Position numbers and translations under genes: made by a program
Shown here: piece after piece, positions 29,126-38,974 of the stretch
Layout: each line of letters begins with the position of its first letter
Position numbering within the stretch: the stretch's first letter is position 1
Origin: Candidatus Uhrbacteria bacterium
GTDB lineage: Bacteria > Patescibacteriota > Patescibacteriia > JACQRZ01
Direction of reading: 5' to 3'
Assembly (NCBI GenBank): GCA_016206155.1
Contig: JACQSC010000001.1
Location: 71,105-125,370, forward strand
DNA length: 54,266 nucleotides
Notes under the pieces: model-generated
The model's input: only the letters and a program-made list of their open reading frames with translations
Database searches by the model: none
Told to the model about the DNA's origin: nothing

Positions 29126-29761
29126 ATGGAAATGAAGTTGATCGTAGGACTGGGAAATCCTGGAGCGGAATATACATACACCTTCCATAATGCAGGTTTT
29201 CAGGTTATTGATGAATTGTCACAGCGTCTGCGTGGTGATATGCGTTTTGTGGCCCCGGCAAGCAAGCGACATCGGTTCTTCGAGAGCGAAGAGTTTCAAT
29301 TCCAGAAAGCGGACGGCAGCGAGGAGCGCATCGTGCTTCTCAAGCCACAAACATACATGAATGAGTCAGGGCGCGCGGTAGCTGAGTTTTCCCGCCGGTT
29401 CAAATCAATGATCGATCCGCAGAGCGATCTCTGGGTCGTTCATGATGATGGTGATATCCAGCTTGGGCGCATTCGCGTTGATATGGCAAAGCGAGCGGCG
29501 GGGCACCGTGGAGTTGTGAGTATCATGACCACCCTCGGCATAAGGAACGGTATCCGTTTTCGCATGGGTATACGGCGAGAGGGTGATGCGCGGCGCACCG
29601 AAACGTTTGTGTTAAAAAAACCATTGGCGGCAGATCGCGAATTATGGAAGGAGACGATAACACGCTGCGCGCACGGTATCATCGATGCGCTTGAGAACGG
29701 TATTCCGCATGCTCAAATGACGCTCCATGCAAATAATAAGCACGAAAAACGACCGTCGTAA
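29126..29761 (+). CDS. pth: Peptidyl-tRNA hydrolase
   Basis: LIVGLGNPG, HNAGF, KPQTYMNESG, VVHDD, GH.G. Confidence 0.9.
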   Translation: MEMKLIVGLGNPGAEYTYTFHNAGFQVIDELSQRLRGDMRFVAPASKRHRFFESEEFQFQKADGSEERIVLLKPQTYMNESGRAVAEFSRRFKSMIDPQSDLWVVHDDGDIQLGRIRVDMAKRAAGHRGVVSIMTTLGIRNGIRFRMGIRREGDARRTETFVLKKPLAADRELWKETITRCAHGIIDALENGIPHAQMTLHANNKHEKRPS

Positions 29762-29921
29762 AAAAATAACGACCAGGATGCTCCGTACCAGTGTAAGGGG
29801 CACGAGAGAACTCACGCGTCCTTAACTTGCTGACGCAATCGTTGATGAGGAGGACATCTTCGATCGTGTCACTGGCACAGAACATGCTAGTCATTAATGA
29901 GCATTAACATATCTTATTTCT

Positions 29922-30662
29922 ATGTCCATGTCAACAGTACGTCGTACCGCTCGCAAGCCTCGCTGGAAGCGCGTTCTCGTAAAAATATCAGGTGAAACTT
30001 TGGCCGGGAAAGGGCACCATGGGTTTGATGCAGAATCACTCTCTTTTATTGCGCGAGAGATCGCTGCTGCCGCGCGCTGCGGGGTGCAAATCGCCATTGT
30101 TATCGGAGGAGGCAACCTCATTCGCGGATCAGAGATCGAGGGCGTCGGCATTGATCGCTCCTCCGCCGACTACATGGGAATGCTTGCAACGATGGCAAAT
30201 GGTATCGCGCTTCAGACAGTCCTGGAACGGGAGGGACTTGACACGCGCGTACTTTCTGCACTGCCCTTGAGCCAGGTTGCAGAACCGTTTATTCGCCGTC
30301 GGGCGATTCATCATCTTGAAAAGGGACGCATTGTTATTTGTGTCGGTGGAACCGGGAACCCTCATTTTACCACCGATACCGCAGCGGCGCTGCGCGCGAG
30401 GGAATTGCGCGCCGACGTGCTAGTGAAGGGGACGACCGTTGATGGCGTATTTACCGCAGATCCGAAAAAATCAAAAAATGCCAAGCGCCTCTCCACCGTG
30501 CGGTACAAGGAGATTATAACCAAGGATTTGCGTGTTATGGACCTCACAGCCGTAACACTCGCACAGGAGACGGCGATGCCTATCGTTGTGTTTGATGTTT
30601 TTCGCCAAGGTAATTTGAAGCGACTTTTGTGTGGTAAGCGTATTGGTACGGAAATTTCATAA
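29922..30662 (+). CDS. pyrH: UMP kinase
   Basis: R.LVKISGE, IGGGN..RG, DYMGMLAT..N, GNP.FTTDT.AALRA. Confidence 0.96.
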   Translation: MSMSTVRRTARKPRWKRVLVKISGETLAGKGHHGFDAESLSFIAREIAAAARCGVQIAIVIGGGNLIRGSEIEGVGIDRSSADYMGMLATMANGIALQTVLEREGLDTRVLSALPLSQVAEPFIRRRAIHHLEKGRIVICVGGTGNPHFTTDTAAALRARELRADVLVKGTTVDGVFTADPKKSKNAKRLSTVRYKEIITKDLRVMDLTAVTLAQETAMPIVVFDVFRQGNLKRLLCGKRIGTEIS

Positions 30663-30671
30663 TCGTACGTG

Positions 30672-31544
30672 ATGGACACCATCAAGACAATACATATTGA
30701 TGATCCGGAATACCCCGCGCTCTTACGTCAGAGCGCGTGTCCGCCAAAGACGCTTTACTGTCGCGGCTCGATTCCACTTCCTCTAGGCCGCATCCTTGGA
30801 GTCGTTGGCACACGAAAAATGAGTGTCATCGGCAGGAGATCGTGCGAGGCGATTATTCCATCGCTTGCCCGCGCCGGCTATACGATTGTCAGCGGGCTTG
30901 CCTATGGCGTTGACGCGCTCGCACACCAGCAGACGGTTGACAATAAAGGCATTGCTGTTGGCGTGCTTGCAAATGGACTGGATGACGAGAGTATTTACCC
31001 TCGGGAGAATCGTCCTCTGGTTCATCGTATCATTGAATCGGGTGGATGCGTACTGTCCGAGTTTCCGGCAGGAACCAGGCCGCGCCGGGAATTTTTCCCT
31101 CAGCGCAACAGGATTGTCGCGGGCATGAGTCACGGCATTTTGGTGATTGAGGCTCCGGAAAAGTCCGGCACGCTCATCACGGCTTTTCGCGCCCTGCACG
31201 AAAATCGCGAGGTGCTCGCCGTTCCCGGTCCGATCACTCATCCTACATTTGCCGGCGCCAATCGGCTCCTCCAGCTTGGGGCGCACGTCATAACTTCAGC
31301 AGAGGACGTCTTCAATGTCTTTGGAGATTCGTTATTATCTAAAGACGGAGAGCGCGTCGATCCCGATTCTCTGTCTGAACAAGAACGTGTTATCTTCGAG
31401 TGCATTGCACGGGAAGTGTTTCATCTCGACGAGATTGCCGATCAGACAAAACTTGACATACGAACCGTTCACAGTACACTGGGAACCATGGAATTAAAGG
31501 GACTCATACAGTCAATGGGCAATGGTCGCTTTATCAAGAAGTAG
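30672..31544 (+). CDS. dprA: DNA-processing protein DprA
   Basis: VVGTR, VSGLAYGVD..AH, FPQRNRIVAG, SGTLITA, AVPG; C-terminal wHTH. Confidence 0.95.
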   Translation: MDTIKTIHIDDPEYPALLRQSACPPKTLYCRGSIPLPLGRILGVVGTRKMSVIGRRSCEAIIPSLARAGYTIVSGLAYGVDALAHQQTVDNKGIAVGVLANGLDDESIYPRENRPLVHRIIESGGCVLSEFPAGTRPRREFFPQRNRIVAGMSHGILVIEAPEKSGTLITAFRALHENREVLAVPGPITHPTFAGANRLLQLGAHVITSAEDVFNVFGDSLLSKDGERVDPDSLSEQERVIFECIAREVFHLDEIADQTKLDIRTVHSTLGTMELKGLIQSMGNGRFIKK

Positions 31545-31568
31545 TTTAAACCCTTTGCAAAAGGTCTT

Positions 31569-33728
31569 ATGCCAAAGAAATTACAGGATACGACACTCAT
31601 CATCGTCGAGTCGCCAACCAAGGCAAAAACATTGGGACGTTTTTTGGATTCGAGCTACACCATCACGTCATCGCTTGGCCATATTCGGGATTTGCCAAAA
31701 AGTAAAATGGGCGTTGATATCGAGCACGATTTTGCGCCACAGTATGTCATTCCGCGAGACAAGCAAAAGCATGTTACCGCACTCAAGAAGTTAGCGGAAA
31801 AAGCCGACCATATCCTTTTTGCAACTGATGAAGACCGAGAGGGGGAAGCGATATCGTGGCATCTTAAGGAAATTCTTGGCGTTCCAGAGGAGAGAGCAGA
31901 GCGTATCGTGTTTCATGAGATTACCCAAAGCGCGCTTGAACATGCACTCAAACACCCGCGGCGACTTGATATGCATCGCGTTGACGCCCAACAGGCGCGG
32001 CGGATTCTTGACCGTCTGGTCGGGTATGAACTCTCGCCTTTTTTGTGGAGAAAGGTGACAAAGGGCCTTTCGGCAGGACGCGTGCAATCTGTTGCGGTCC
32101 GTCTTATTGTCGAGCGCGAGCGCGACATTCAAGCATTTGTTCCGGTGGAGTATTGGAGCATTGAGGCTCTACTGCATCCACCTCAAAACGAGTCTGAGCA
32201 ATTTACTGCCCATCTTGTCAAGATGGGAGAGGAGACAGTCGACAAACATGATATTAAAAACCAAGAGCACGCAGAGAGCATAACCACTGCACTCCAGAGC
32301 CAAGCATACAGCGTTTCATCCATCGTAAAAAAGGATGTCAAAAAGTCGCCATTGCCGCCGTACACGACATCAACGTTGCAGCAGGACGCGTATCGCCGTT
32401 TGCGGTATTCTCCCAAGCAAACCATGATGTTTGCCCAACAGCTCTATGAGGGTGTTGAGCTTAAAGGGGGGTCTGAAGGACTGATCTCATATATGCGCAC
32501 CGATTCCGTCAATCTCGCGCAGGATTTTTTGCAGGAAGCGCAAAGCGTTATTGCGGCACAGTGCGGTAAGCAGTACGCACAAGGTACGCGGGCATACAAG
32601 ACAAAATCAAAACTTGCCCAAGAAGCGCACGAGGCGATTCGTCCAACATCGGCCGCCCGTACCCCCGAGAGTATTAAACAGCATCTCAATGACCAGCAGT
32701 GGAAGCTCTACGACCTCATTTGGCGCCGCGCGATTGCAAGCCAGATGAGTGATGCACAATTCGAGGCAACAACGATCGATGTTGCCGCCAATGGCTCTGA
32801 CGGAAAGTCATACACCTTCCGCGCAAACGGCCAAGTATGCCGCTTTGATGGATTTTTGAATGTATATAAAACAGAGTCAGAAGAGGTAAATCTTCCATCA
32901 CTCACTCAAGGCCAAGAGCTTATCTGTAAAGAATTAAAGCCCGAACAGCATTTTACCAAGCCTCCCGCGCGATATTCCGAGGCTTCGCTTGTGAAGGCAC
33001 TCGAAGAATACGGCATCGGCCGTCCGTCAACTTATGCCCCGACAATCAGCACTATCATCGAGCGGAATTACGTTCAACGCGAAGAGGGCAGACTGAAGCC
33101 AACCGACATCGCTTTTCTCGTGATCGATTTGCTCGTGGAACATTTTCCATCAATTGTTGATTATGAGTTTACCGCACGGATGGAGGATGATCTTGATACG
33201 GTTGCGGAAGGAAGGAAGGAGTGGGTGCCGGTTTTGCGAGAATTTTATGAACCATTCCATACAACGCTGAAGATAAAAGAAAAGGAACTGGAGAAGACGA
33301 AGATTTCAGTAGAAGAGACTGACGAGCTGTGTGACAAGTGCGGCAAGCCTATGGTGATTCGCACCGGCCGCTTTGGCAAGTTCATGGCATGTTCGGGTTT
33401 TCCTGAATGTAAAAACGCAAAACCTCTGCCCGGCGAGGAGAGCGCGCAGGAAACCGCGGATGTTGAACCGTGCGAAAAGTGCGGCAAGCCCATGGTGCAA
33501 AAGCGCGGACGCTTCGGTCCCTTCTACGGATGCTCGGGCTATCCGGACTGTAAAAATATCAGGAACGCGCGTGATAAAAAATTGGACATGAAGTGTCCAA
33601 AGTGCGGACAAGGCGATGTCGTCATGAAGCGCAGTAAACGCGGCAAAACGTTTTTTGGCTGCAACAAGTATCCCGACTGCGACTTTGTGTCATGGACCAA
33701 ACCGGAGGAGGCAATCGCTAACTCGTAA
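31569..33728 (+). CDS. topA: DNA topoisomerase I with three zinc ribbons
   Basis: IVESPTKAKT, ATDEDREGEAI, SAGRVQS, ISYMRTDS, GIGRPSTY. Confidence 0.98.
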   Translation: MPKKLQDTTLIIVESPTKAKTLGRFLDSSYTITSSLGHIRDLPKSKMGVDIEHDFAPQYVIPRDKQKHVTALKKLAEKADHILFATDEDREGEAISWHLKEILGVPEERAERIVFHEITQSALEHALKHPRRLDMHRVDAQQARRILDRLVGYELSPFLWRKVTKGLSAGRVQSVAVRLIVERERDIQAFVPVEYWSIEALLHPPQNESEQFTAHLVKMGEETVDKHDIKNQEHAESITTALQSQAYSVSSIVKKDVKKSPLPPYTTSTLQQDAYRRLRYSPKQTMMFAQQLYEGVELKGGSEGLISYMRTDSVNLAQDFLQEAQSVIAAQCGKQYAQGTRAYKTKSKLAQEAHEAIRPTSAARTPESIKQHLNDQQWKLYDLIWRRAIASQMSDAQFEATTIDVAANGSDGKSYTFRANGQVCRFDGFLNVYKTESEEVNLPSLTQGQELICKELKPEQHFTKPPARYSEASLVKALEEYGIGRPSTYAPTISTIIERNYVQREEGRLKPTDIAFLVIDLLVEHFPSIVDYEFTARMEDDLDTVAEGRKEWVPVLREFYEPFHTTLKIKEKELEKTKISVEETDELCDKCGKPMVIRTGRFGKFMACSGFPECKNAKPLPGEESAQETADVEPCEKCGKPMVQKRGRFGPFYGCSGYPDCKNIRNARDKKLDMKCPKCGQGDVVMKRSKRGKTFFGCNKYPDCDFVSWTKPEEAIANS

Positions 33729-33746
33729 CTCGTAACTCGTAACTCG
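33719..33746 (+). repeat. Single-arm heptamer array, family C, containing the topA stop
   Basis: (TAACTCG)x4. Confidence 0.88.
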
Positions 33747-33796
33747 AAGTCAATACCGCCTTTTTTCATCCACTCATTCTTTGTCATCCCGCAGCA

Positions 33797-33848
33797 GGAA
33801 ATGGTGTCAGGAATAGTTTTTGCAGAAACTATTCCTGACGCCATTTCC
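33797..33848. repeat. REP-like palindrome between convergent topA and vapC
   Basis: GGAAATGGTGTCAGGAATAGTTT-ttgcag-AAACTATTCCTGACGCCATTTCC; preceded by a GTCATCCCGC half-repeat at 33783. Confidence 0.85.
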
Positions 33849-33869
33849 ACACAAAGTAAATACCTTGCG

Positions 33870-34250
33870 TTACCACGATTTTGCGAGTTTTTTATCAAAT
33901 GTCGCGAAATGCTTTGCGCCATGCGTTCGCGCGTATACAATGTTATACGCATCTTCAAGCTCAATCGTCCTTGCTCGAAACATTCGGAGTGCTTCTTCTA
34001 AGATTGGACGTTCCTCAATATCGATAAATTCCAAATTGAGAATATCTTCCAGTAAGGAAAGGAGTTCTGTTTTTCTTTTGTTGTAGAAGCTTGATAGAAC
34101 CCAGGATACTTCAAAGAAAACAATAACGGAAGTAAAAAGCTTGACTTTTGCTTGCGCGGCGGAATCAAAAAGAGACCGAGCGATTTTGTGGTGTGTCTCG
34201 ACATCGGCAATAAGAAGGCGCAGGAAGTAATTCGTATCGACAAACGTCAT
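33870..34250 (-). CDS. VapC-type PIN-domain toxin
   Basis: FVDTNYFLR, E..WVL, EDA, ATFDKKL. Confidence 0.9.
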   Translation of the reverse strand: MTFVDTNYFLRLLIADVETHHKIARSLFDSAAQAKVKLFTSVIVFFEVSWVLSSFYNKRKTELLSLLEDILNLEFIDIEERPILEEALRMFRARTIELEDAYNIVYARTHGAKHFATFDKKLAKSW

Positions 34251-34501
34251 GCGCGTTTTTTGCTGAAATGTTCGTCCTTTGCCTTGCGGATCATTCCATC
34301 AATTGACATACCGTGGAATCGTCTCGGGAGCTTCACCGATCCGGCAATCCGGCTGATAATTTTTTCAGCGGGTTCAACAATCATTTTATTGCCGCGATTG
34401 GTGACAATAACTTTTTCACCTTCGCGAAAGCCAACCTTCCGGTAGACCTCTACCGGAATCGTGAATTGTCGTTTGTCGGTGATGGTTGCTGTTTGAGCCA
34501 T
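34247..34501 (-). CDS. AbrB/MazE-type VapB antitoxin
   Basis: TIT.KRQFTIP..V....G..EG..V; overlaps the toxin start. Confidence 0.88.
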   Translation of the reverse strand: MAQTATITDKRQFTIPVEVYRKVGFREGEKVIVTNRGNKMIVEPAEKIISRIAGSVKLPRRFHGMSIDGMIRKAKDEHFSKKRA

Positions 34502-34502
34502 A

Positions 34503-34552
34503 AAAAATTCCTTATTGATTCAAGTATAACAAAAACAAGGAATTTTTGTCAA
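34503..34552 (-). promoter_or_regulatory. vapBC promoter with an inverted-repeat operator
   Basis: Minus strand TTGACA, 18 nt, TGn-TATACT; AAAAATTCCTT (34503-34513) / AAGGAATTTTT (34537-34547) flank the -10. Confidence 0.65.
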
Positions 34553-34600
34553 TACAAGGAAAAATCTAGAAAACAAGGAACCGGCAGACCCTTCTGTTGA

Positions 34601-35167
34601 TTACGCGACAAATCGTTGCTCCACAACAGACCAGTCGATGGCTTTCATAAACGCCTCAATATAGTCGGCGCGTTTGATGCCGTAGTCGGTGATGTAGGCG
34701 TGCTCAAAGACGTCCATCACGAGGAGAGGTTTTGTTTCTACAAAGTGACCGAGATCATGTTCGTTAATCCACACATTGAAGAGTTCGTCTGATTTTTTGT
34801 CATAGACCAACAACGCCCAGCCAATACCACGCATTGCTCCCACGCCGATGAAATTTTTTTTCCAGTCCTCTATGGTGCCGTAGATTGATTCAAGTTTCTG
34901 CTTGAATGGTCCATCAGAAAGTTCCTTGGCATCTTTTGACATATTTTCAAAATACAATTCATGGAGTCGCATGCCATTCCACTCCCAGCCAAATCGTCGT
35001 TGGAGTTCGGAGTATTCGGGTGTCCTCACTTCCTTTGTTGATAAAAGATCAAGAAACGTGTTCGTATTTTTCACATACCCCTCGTACAAGGTAAAGTGAT
35101 TTTTGAGGAGCGTGTCAGAGAATCCCGGCGTGCCGAGAAGATGATCAAAGTTTTTTGCTTGATACAT
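34601..35167 (-). CDS. Fe/Mn superoxide dismutase family protein
   Basis: H..LY.GYV, LHELYF, G.GWA, MDVFEHAY..DYG. Confidence 0.9.
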   Translation of the reverse strand: MYQAKNFDHLLGTPGFSDTLLKNHFTLYEGYVKNTNTFLDLLSTKEVRTPEYSELQRRFGWEWNGMRLHELYFENMSKDAKELSDGPFKQKLESIYGTIEDWKKNFIGVGAMRGIGWALLVYDKKSDELFNVWINEHDLGHFVETKPLLVMDVFEHAYITDYGIKRADYIEAFMKAIDWSVVEQRFVA

Positions 35168-35175
35168 ATTTTAGA

Positions 35176-35202
35176 CTGGATTCCGGCCTACGCCGGAATG
35201 AC
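35176..35202. repeat. CTGGATYCCG..CGGRATGAC repeat (copy 2)
   Basis: CTGGATTCCGGCCTACGCCGGAATGAC, with a compensatory pair change relative to copy 1. Confidence 0.8.
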
Positions 35203-35207
35203 AATAC

Positions 35208-35792
35208 TTAAATCTTACCGACCAGATCGAGTCCCGGTGTTAATGTCGCTTTGCCGGGTTCCCACGATGCAGGGCAAACCTGGCCGGGGTTTTGCGCAAC
35301 GAATTGTGCCGCTTTTAGTTTTCGCAAAAGCTCTTTTGCGCTTCGGCCTATGCTGTTGTCGTGTATTTCGTATGCCTTCAAGATGCCATCCGGGTTGATG
35401 ATGAATGTTCCGCGCAGAGAAAGCCCCTCATGGGGGATATAGGTGCCGAATGTTTTGCACAGGGTGCCGGTTGGATCGGCTGCCATGGGGTAGGTGATTT
35501 TCTTAATCGCAGGCGAATTGTCATGCCATGCCTTGTGCACGAATACTGTATCGGTGCTCACGCTGAGCACTTCAGCGCCGATGCTCTGGAATTCCGCATA
35601 ATGATCCGCAAGCTCCTCAAGCTCGGTGGGACAGATAAAAGTAAAGTCGGCAGGGTAGAAGACAAGCGCAAGCCACTTCCCTTCGAAGTCCGAGAGTTTT
35701 ATTTTCTTTATCTCTTCATTCTGAAAAACATCGAACGTGAGATCGGGAACCGGCTGGCCGATCTGGAGATGCTGGCACATTGCGTCTTGCAT
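35208..35792 (-). CDS. ahpC: 2-Cys peroxiredoxin AhpC
   Basis: FYPADFTFICPTE, RGTFII, IGR...E..R, VCPA.W. Confidence 0.95.
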   Translation of the reverse strand: MQDAMCQHLQIGQPVPDLTFDVFQNEEIKKIKLSDFEGKWLALVFYPADFTFICPTELEELADHYAEFQSIGAEVLSVSTDTVFVHKAWHDNSPAIKKITYPMAADPTGTLCKTFGTYIPHEGLSLRGTFIINPDGILKAYEIHDNSIGRSAKELLRKLKAAQFVAQNPGQVCPASWEPGKATLTPGLDLVGKI

Positions 35793-35799
35793 ACGTTAT

Positions 35800-35885
35800 A
35801 GAATTAAGAATCAAGAATTAAGAATCAAGCAGAATTGGATCCAGACGGCTCCATTCGTCATTCTTGATTCGTAATTCTTAATTCT
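35800..35885. repeat. Heptamer-array hairpin, family B, between rubredoxin and ahpC
   Basis: AGAATTA AGAATCA AGAATTA AGAATCA ... ATTCGTC ATTCTTG ATTCGTA ATTCTTA ATTCT. Confidence 0.88.
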
Positions 35886-36054
35886 ATTCCCCGTAGGGTT
35901 CAAACATGGATTTCGCCACCCCGCACACGGGGCAAATCCAGTCATCGGGAATTTCTTCAAATGGCGTGCCAGGCATAATACCGCCATCGGGATCGCCAAG
36001 CTCCGGATCATAGACATAGCCACAGGGCGGACAGATGTACTTTTTTTTGCTCAT
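35884..36054 (-). CDS. Rubredoxin, 56 aa
   Basis: C..CGYVYDP..GDP..GI.PGT.FE.IPDDW.CPVCG; hidden at the end of track ORF 35884-36840. Confidence 0.95.
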   Translation of the reverse strand: MSKKKYICPPCGYVYDPELGDPDGGIMPGTPFEEIPDDWICPVCGVAKSMFEPYGE

Positions 36055-36177
36055 ATTTTTACTTGTTATATCATAGCGATCGCTATCAACCCCGTCAACC
36101 CCGTTAGACGCATTCAACCCAATCTGGACGTGACAAATACTCACGGTTCTGGTAGCATGAGAATGGAAGGCGGTCAT

Positions 36178-37617
36178 ATGAGATTTCAAGAGCTTGAACA
36201 AGCTGTATCTGCATATAACCCCGAAGCCGATCTGGAAATGATAAGGCTTGCTTATGATTTTGCGGAAAGCGCGCATCGCGGCCAAGTGCGGAAAACAGGC
36301 GAGGATTACATCCAGCATCCACTGAAAACAGCACACTATCTTTCGCGAATGCAGGTTGATGACGCGACGATCATCGCAGCGCTTCTGCACGAAGTGCCAG
36401 ATCTTACAGGGGTCACGATTGACGATATTCACAAGAATTTTGGCGCCGATATTGCGACGCTGGTCGACGGTGTAAGCCGCCTTGGCAACGTCAAATATCG
36501 CGGGATCGATCGTTACGTTGAGAATTTGCGGAAGATGTTTGTCAGTATCGCGCAGGACACGCGGATTATTCTCATTAAATTTGCCGGTCGCATCCACAAT
36601 CTTGAAACACTGGCCATCCTGCCCGAGCAGAAGCAGCTGCGGATCGCAACCGAGGTACTCGAGATCTATGCGCCGATTGCCGATCGTCTGGGTATCGCAT
36701 TTCTGAGAGGAGAGCTGGAGGATCGCGCGTTTCAGTTTGTCTATCCGGAAGAATATCGGCGCGTCACGACGCTGGTTGAGCCGCATCTGCGGCAGAAAGA
36801 GCAATACCTGGATCGTGTGCGCGAAATTCTCGAGCAGCATCTTGCCGATGGGGAGATTGAGGCTGTATCCATCTCAAGCCGCGTCAAACGATTGTTTTCG
36901 ACGTACAAAAAAATGGAAACTCTTGGGCTGACAACCGTAGAGGGGCTCTACGACCTTGTTGCCATGCGCGTTATTGTTCCAACCATTGCCGACTGCTACG
37001 CGGCGCTAGGGGTTATTCATCAATATTGGAAGCCACTCAAGGACCGCATTAAGGATTATATCGCACAGCCCAAGCCGAACAATTATCGCTCTCTTCACAC
37101 GACGGTATTTTGCGAAGACGGGCAGATTGTCGAATTTCAGATTCGAACGCCCGAGATGCAATATGAGGCGGAGGTGGGCATTGCGGCGCACTGGCATTAT
37201 ACCGAATCGCAGAAAACATCGAGAAAAATCACCGCGAAGCAGCTGGACTGGGTTCAAGAGATATTAAAATTTCAAGGAATTTCCACAACGACCGACCAGG
37301 AATATCTCAAGGTGCTCAAGCTTGATATCTTCCAACACCGTATTTTTGTATTCACGCCAAAAGGAGATGTTATCAATCTTCCGGATGGCTCAACGCCGGT
37401 TGACTTTGCCTATCACATTCATAGTGATGTGGGACGGCGCTGTTCGGGCGCGCGCGTGAATGATGTGCTTGTTCCGCTTGAGACACCACTGAAAAGCGGG
37501 GATGTTGTGGAAATTATTATTGAAAAAAACAGAAAAGCGCCAAGCATCGATTGGCTCACGTTCGTCAAAACGCATATTGCGCGCAGCCATATCAAGCAGC
37601 AGCTGCGCCGAAGATAA
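36178..37617 (+). CDS. RelA/SpoT (p)ppGpp synthetase with a degenerate HD domain; ends after TGS
   Basis: [13 protein letters not shown]...K, DLVA.R, KDYIA.PK.N.Y.SLHT, EFQIRT, TGS ([20 protein letters not shown]). Confidence 0.93.
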   Translation: MRFQELEQAVSAYNPEADLEMIRLAYDFAESAHRGQVRKTGEDYIQHPLKTAHYLSRMQVDDATIIAALLHEVPDLTGVTIDDIHKNFGADIATLVDGVSRLGNVKYRGIDRYVENLRKMFVSIAQDTRIILIKFAGRIHNLETLAILPEQKQLRIATEVLEIYAPIADRLGIAFLRGELEDRAFQFVYPEEYRRVTTLVEPHLRQKEQYLDRVREILEQHLADGEIEAVSISSRVKRLFSTYKKMETLGLTTVEGLYDLVAMRVIVPTIADCYAALGVIHQYWKPLKDRIKDYIAQPKPNNYRSLHTTVFCEDGQIVEFQIRTPEMQYEAEVGIAAHWHYTESQKTSRKITAKQLDWVQEILKFQGISTTTDQEYLKVLKLDIFQHRIFVFTPKGDVINLPDGSTPVDFAYHIHSDVGRRCSGARVNDVLVPLETPLKSGDVVEIIIEKNRKAPSIDWLTFVKTHIARSHIKQQLRRR

Positions 37618-37633
37618 TTTACTCAACTCTGTC

Positions 37634-38974
37634 ATGCCGCGCGCACTTCGCAGAATCATCTTTACGCTTTTTGTCCTTCTTTTTATCATTACGGCAACAA
37701 CGCTTTTGTTTTACGCAAGCGGCTATCGGTACCATGTTGGAAAGCGAGTGATTGAAAAGACCGGCAAATTGATCGTGGAAACCCAGCCACGCGGGGCGCG
37801 GATTATCGTTGCGGGCGCAGCAGTCCAACCCCTCCAGACACCGACAAGCATTTCATATCTTCTCTCGGGTGAGTATGAGCTCACCATTGAAAAGGATGGG
37901 TATTTTCCTGTACGCAAGCGCATCTCTATCGCGCCGGGTGTCAGTACTGTTGTCAATGATATTGTTCTGATCAAAAAAGAAGAACCGCGTCTGCTTATTG
38001 GCACCGACGGTGTGAAGGAGGCCATATCCATCGCCGACATCATTGTCATGCATGACGGCAAACGAGTGTTCGATTTTGACGTGTATCCGGAGCGGTTGAG
38101 CGAGCGCTTTGCCGCATCCGAGCCTATTGGGGTGTTGCGAATTTCCGAGAGTGGAGCGCAGAGCGCAATCAAAACAGAACGCGGGTGGAGTATTAGCAGT
38201 AAAGGGGAGGAGATTTTTTTCGAGAAGGAGGACTCTTCAATTTTGGATATACGATTTGCAAAAGGATCGGATGAAGCGTATGCGCGCACCGCGCAGGGTA
38301 TTGCGCGGTTTGAACCTGCCAAACGCGCATTTATATTACTCGTAAAACGCACGGATATCGTTTCATATGTTGTCACCGGAACCTCTCTTTTTCTTTTCAG
38401 GGAGATACTCGGCAAGGGACTTGTACTTGAGGAGGTTGGATTACCGAGCGGGGCGAACGTACGAACAATTTCTGACTTACCGGCGATTACCGACATTCTC
38501 GAGAGTTCTGACGGAACGCTTGTTCTGCAAGGTATTGGCAAGTCGCTCTATCTCTTTGATGCGCGCGCGCAGCAAGCGGCTTTTCAACTGGTGAGCGATG
38601 CGCGCGCGGTCGTATTTACCAACAAAGAGCGATTCTTCTCATTCAATGATTTTGAAATTTGGGAGCATTTGTTTTCTCATGAGCGCTATAGCCGTTCTCT
38701 TGTGACGCGTAAAAGCAACCCCATCGTCACTATCCTTCCCTTTACAACACGCCAACTCATGGTGACGGTGGCGCAGAACGGGGAGCTGCACCTCAGACGG
38801 CTCGGCGCGCGAGAGAGCGGAGAGCTCCTCCTTGCAACATTCGACGCCATAGTCGGCATTGCCTTGAATCAAAAAGAGGACACGCTTTTTATAGTCGGAT
38901 CCATCAATGGAAAACAAGGAATCTACGCCATGACCCTTATTGAGGAAGAGCAGGTATTTCCGCTTGTGAAGTAG
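37634..38974 (+). CDS. PEGA-domain membrane-anchored protein
   Basis: TM then YASGYR, TG.L.V.T.P.GA.I, TP....L..GEY.L.I.KDGY. Confidence 0.8.
   Translation: MPRALRRIIFTLFVLLFIITATTLLFYASGYRYHVGKRVIEKTGKLIVETQPRGARIIVAGAAVQPLQTPTSISYLLSGEYELTIEKDGYFPVRKRISIAPGVSTVVNDIVLIKKEEPRLLIGTDGVKEAISIADIIVMHDGKRVFDFDVYPERLSERFAASEPIGVLRISESGAQSAIKTERGWSISSKGEEIFFEKEDSSILDIRFAKGSDEAYARTAQGIARFEPAKRAFILLVKRTDIVSYVVTGTSLFLFREILGKGLVLEEVGLPSGANVRTISDLPAITDILESSDGTLVLQGIGKSLYLFDARAQQAAFQLVSDARAVVFTNKERFFSFNDFEIWEHLFSHERYSRSLVTRKSNPIVTILPFTTRQLMVTVAQNGELHLRRLGARESGELLLATFDAIVGIALNQKEDTLFIVGSINGKQGIYAMTLIEEEQVFPLVK

Noticed and set aside
29727..29897. Possible read-through ORF between pth and pyrH
   Set aside because: Interrupted by TAA at 29823-29825 with no recognisable homology; cannot be supported as a gene or RNA.
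35884..36840. 318-aa minus-strand ORF
   Set aside because: Only the last 56 codons (rubredoxin) look real; the rest is antisense shadow of rel.
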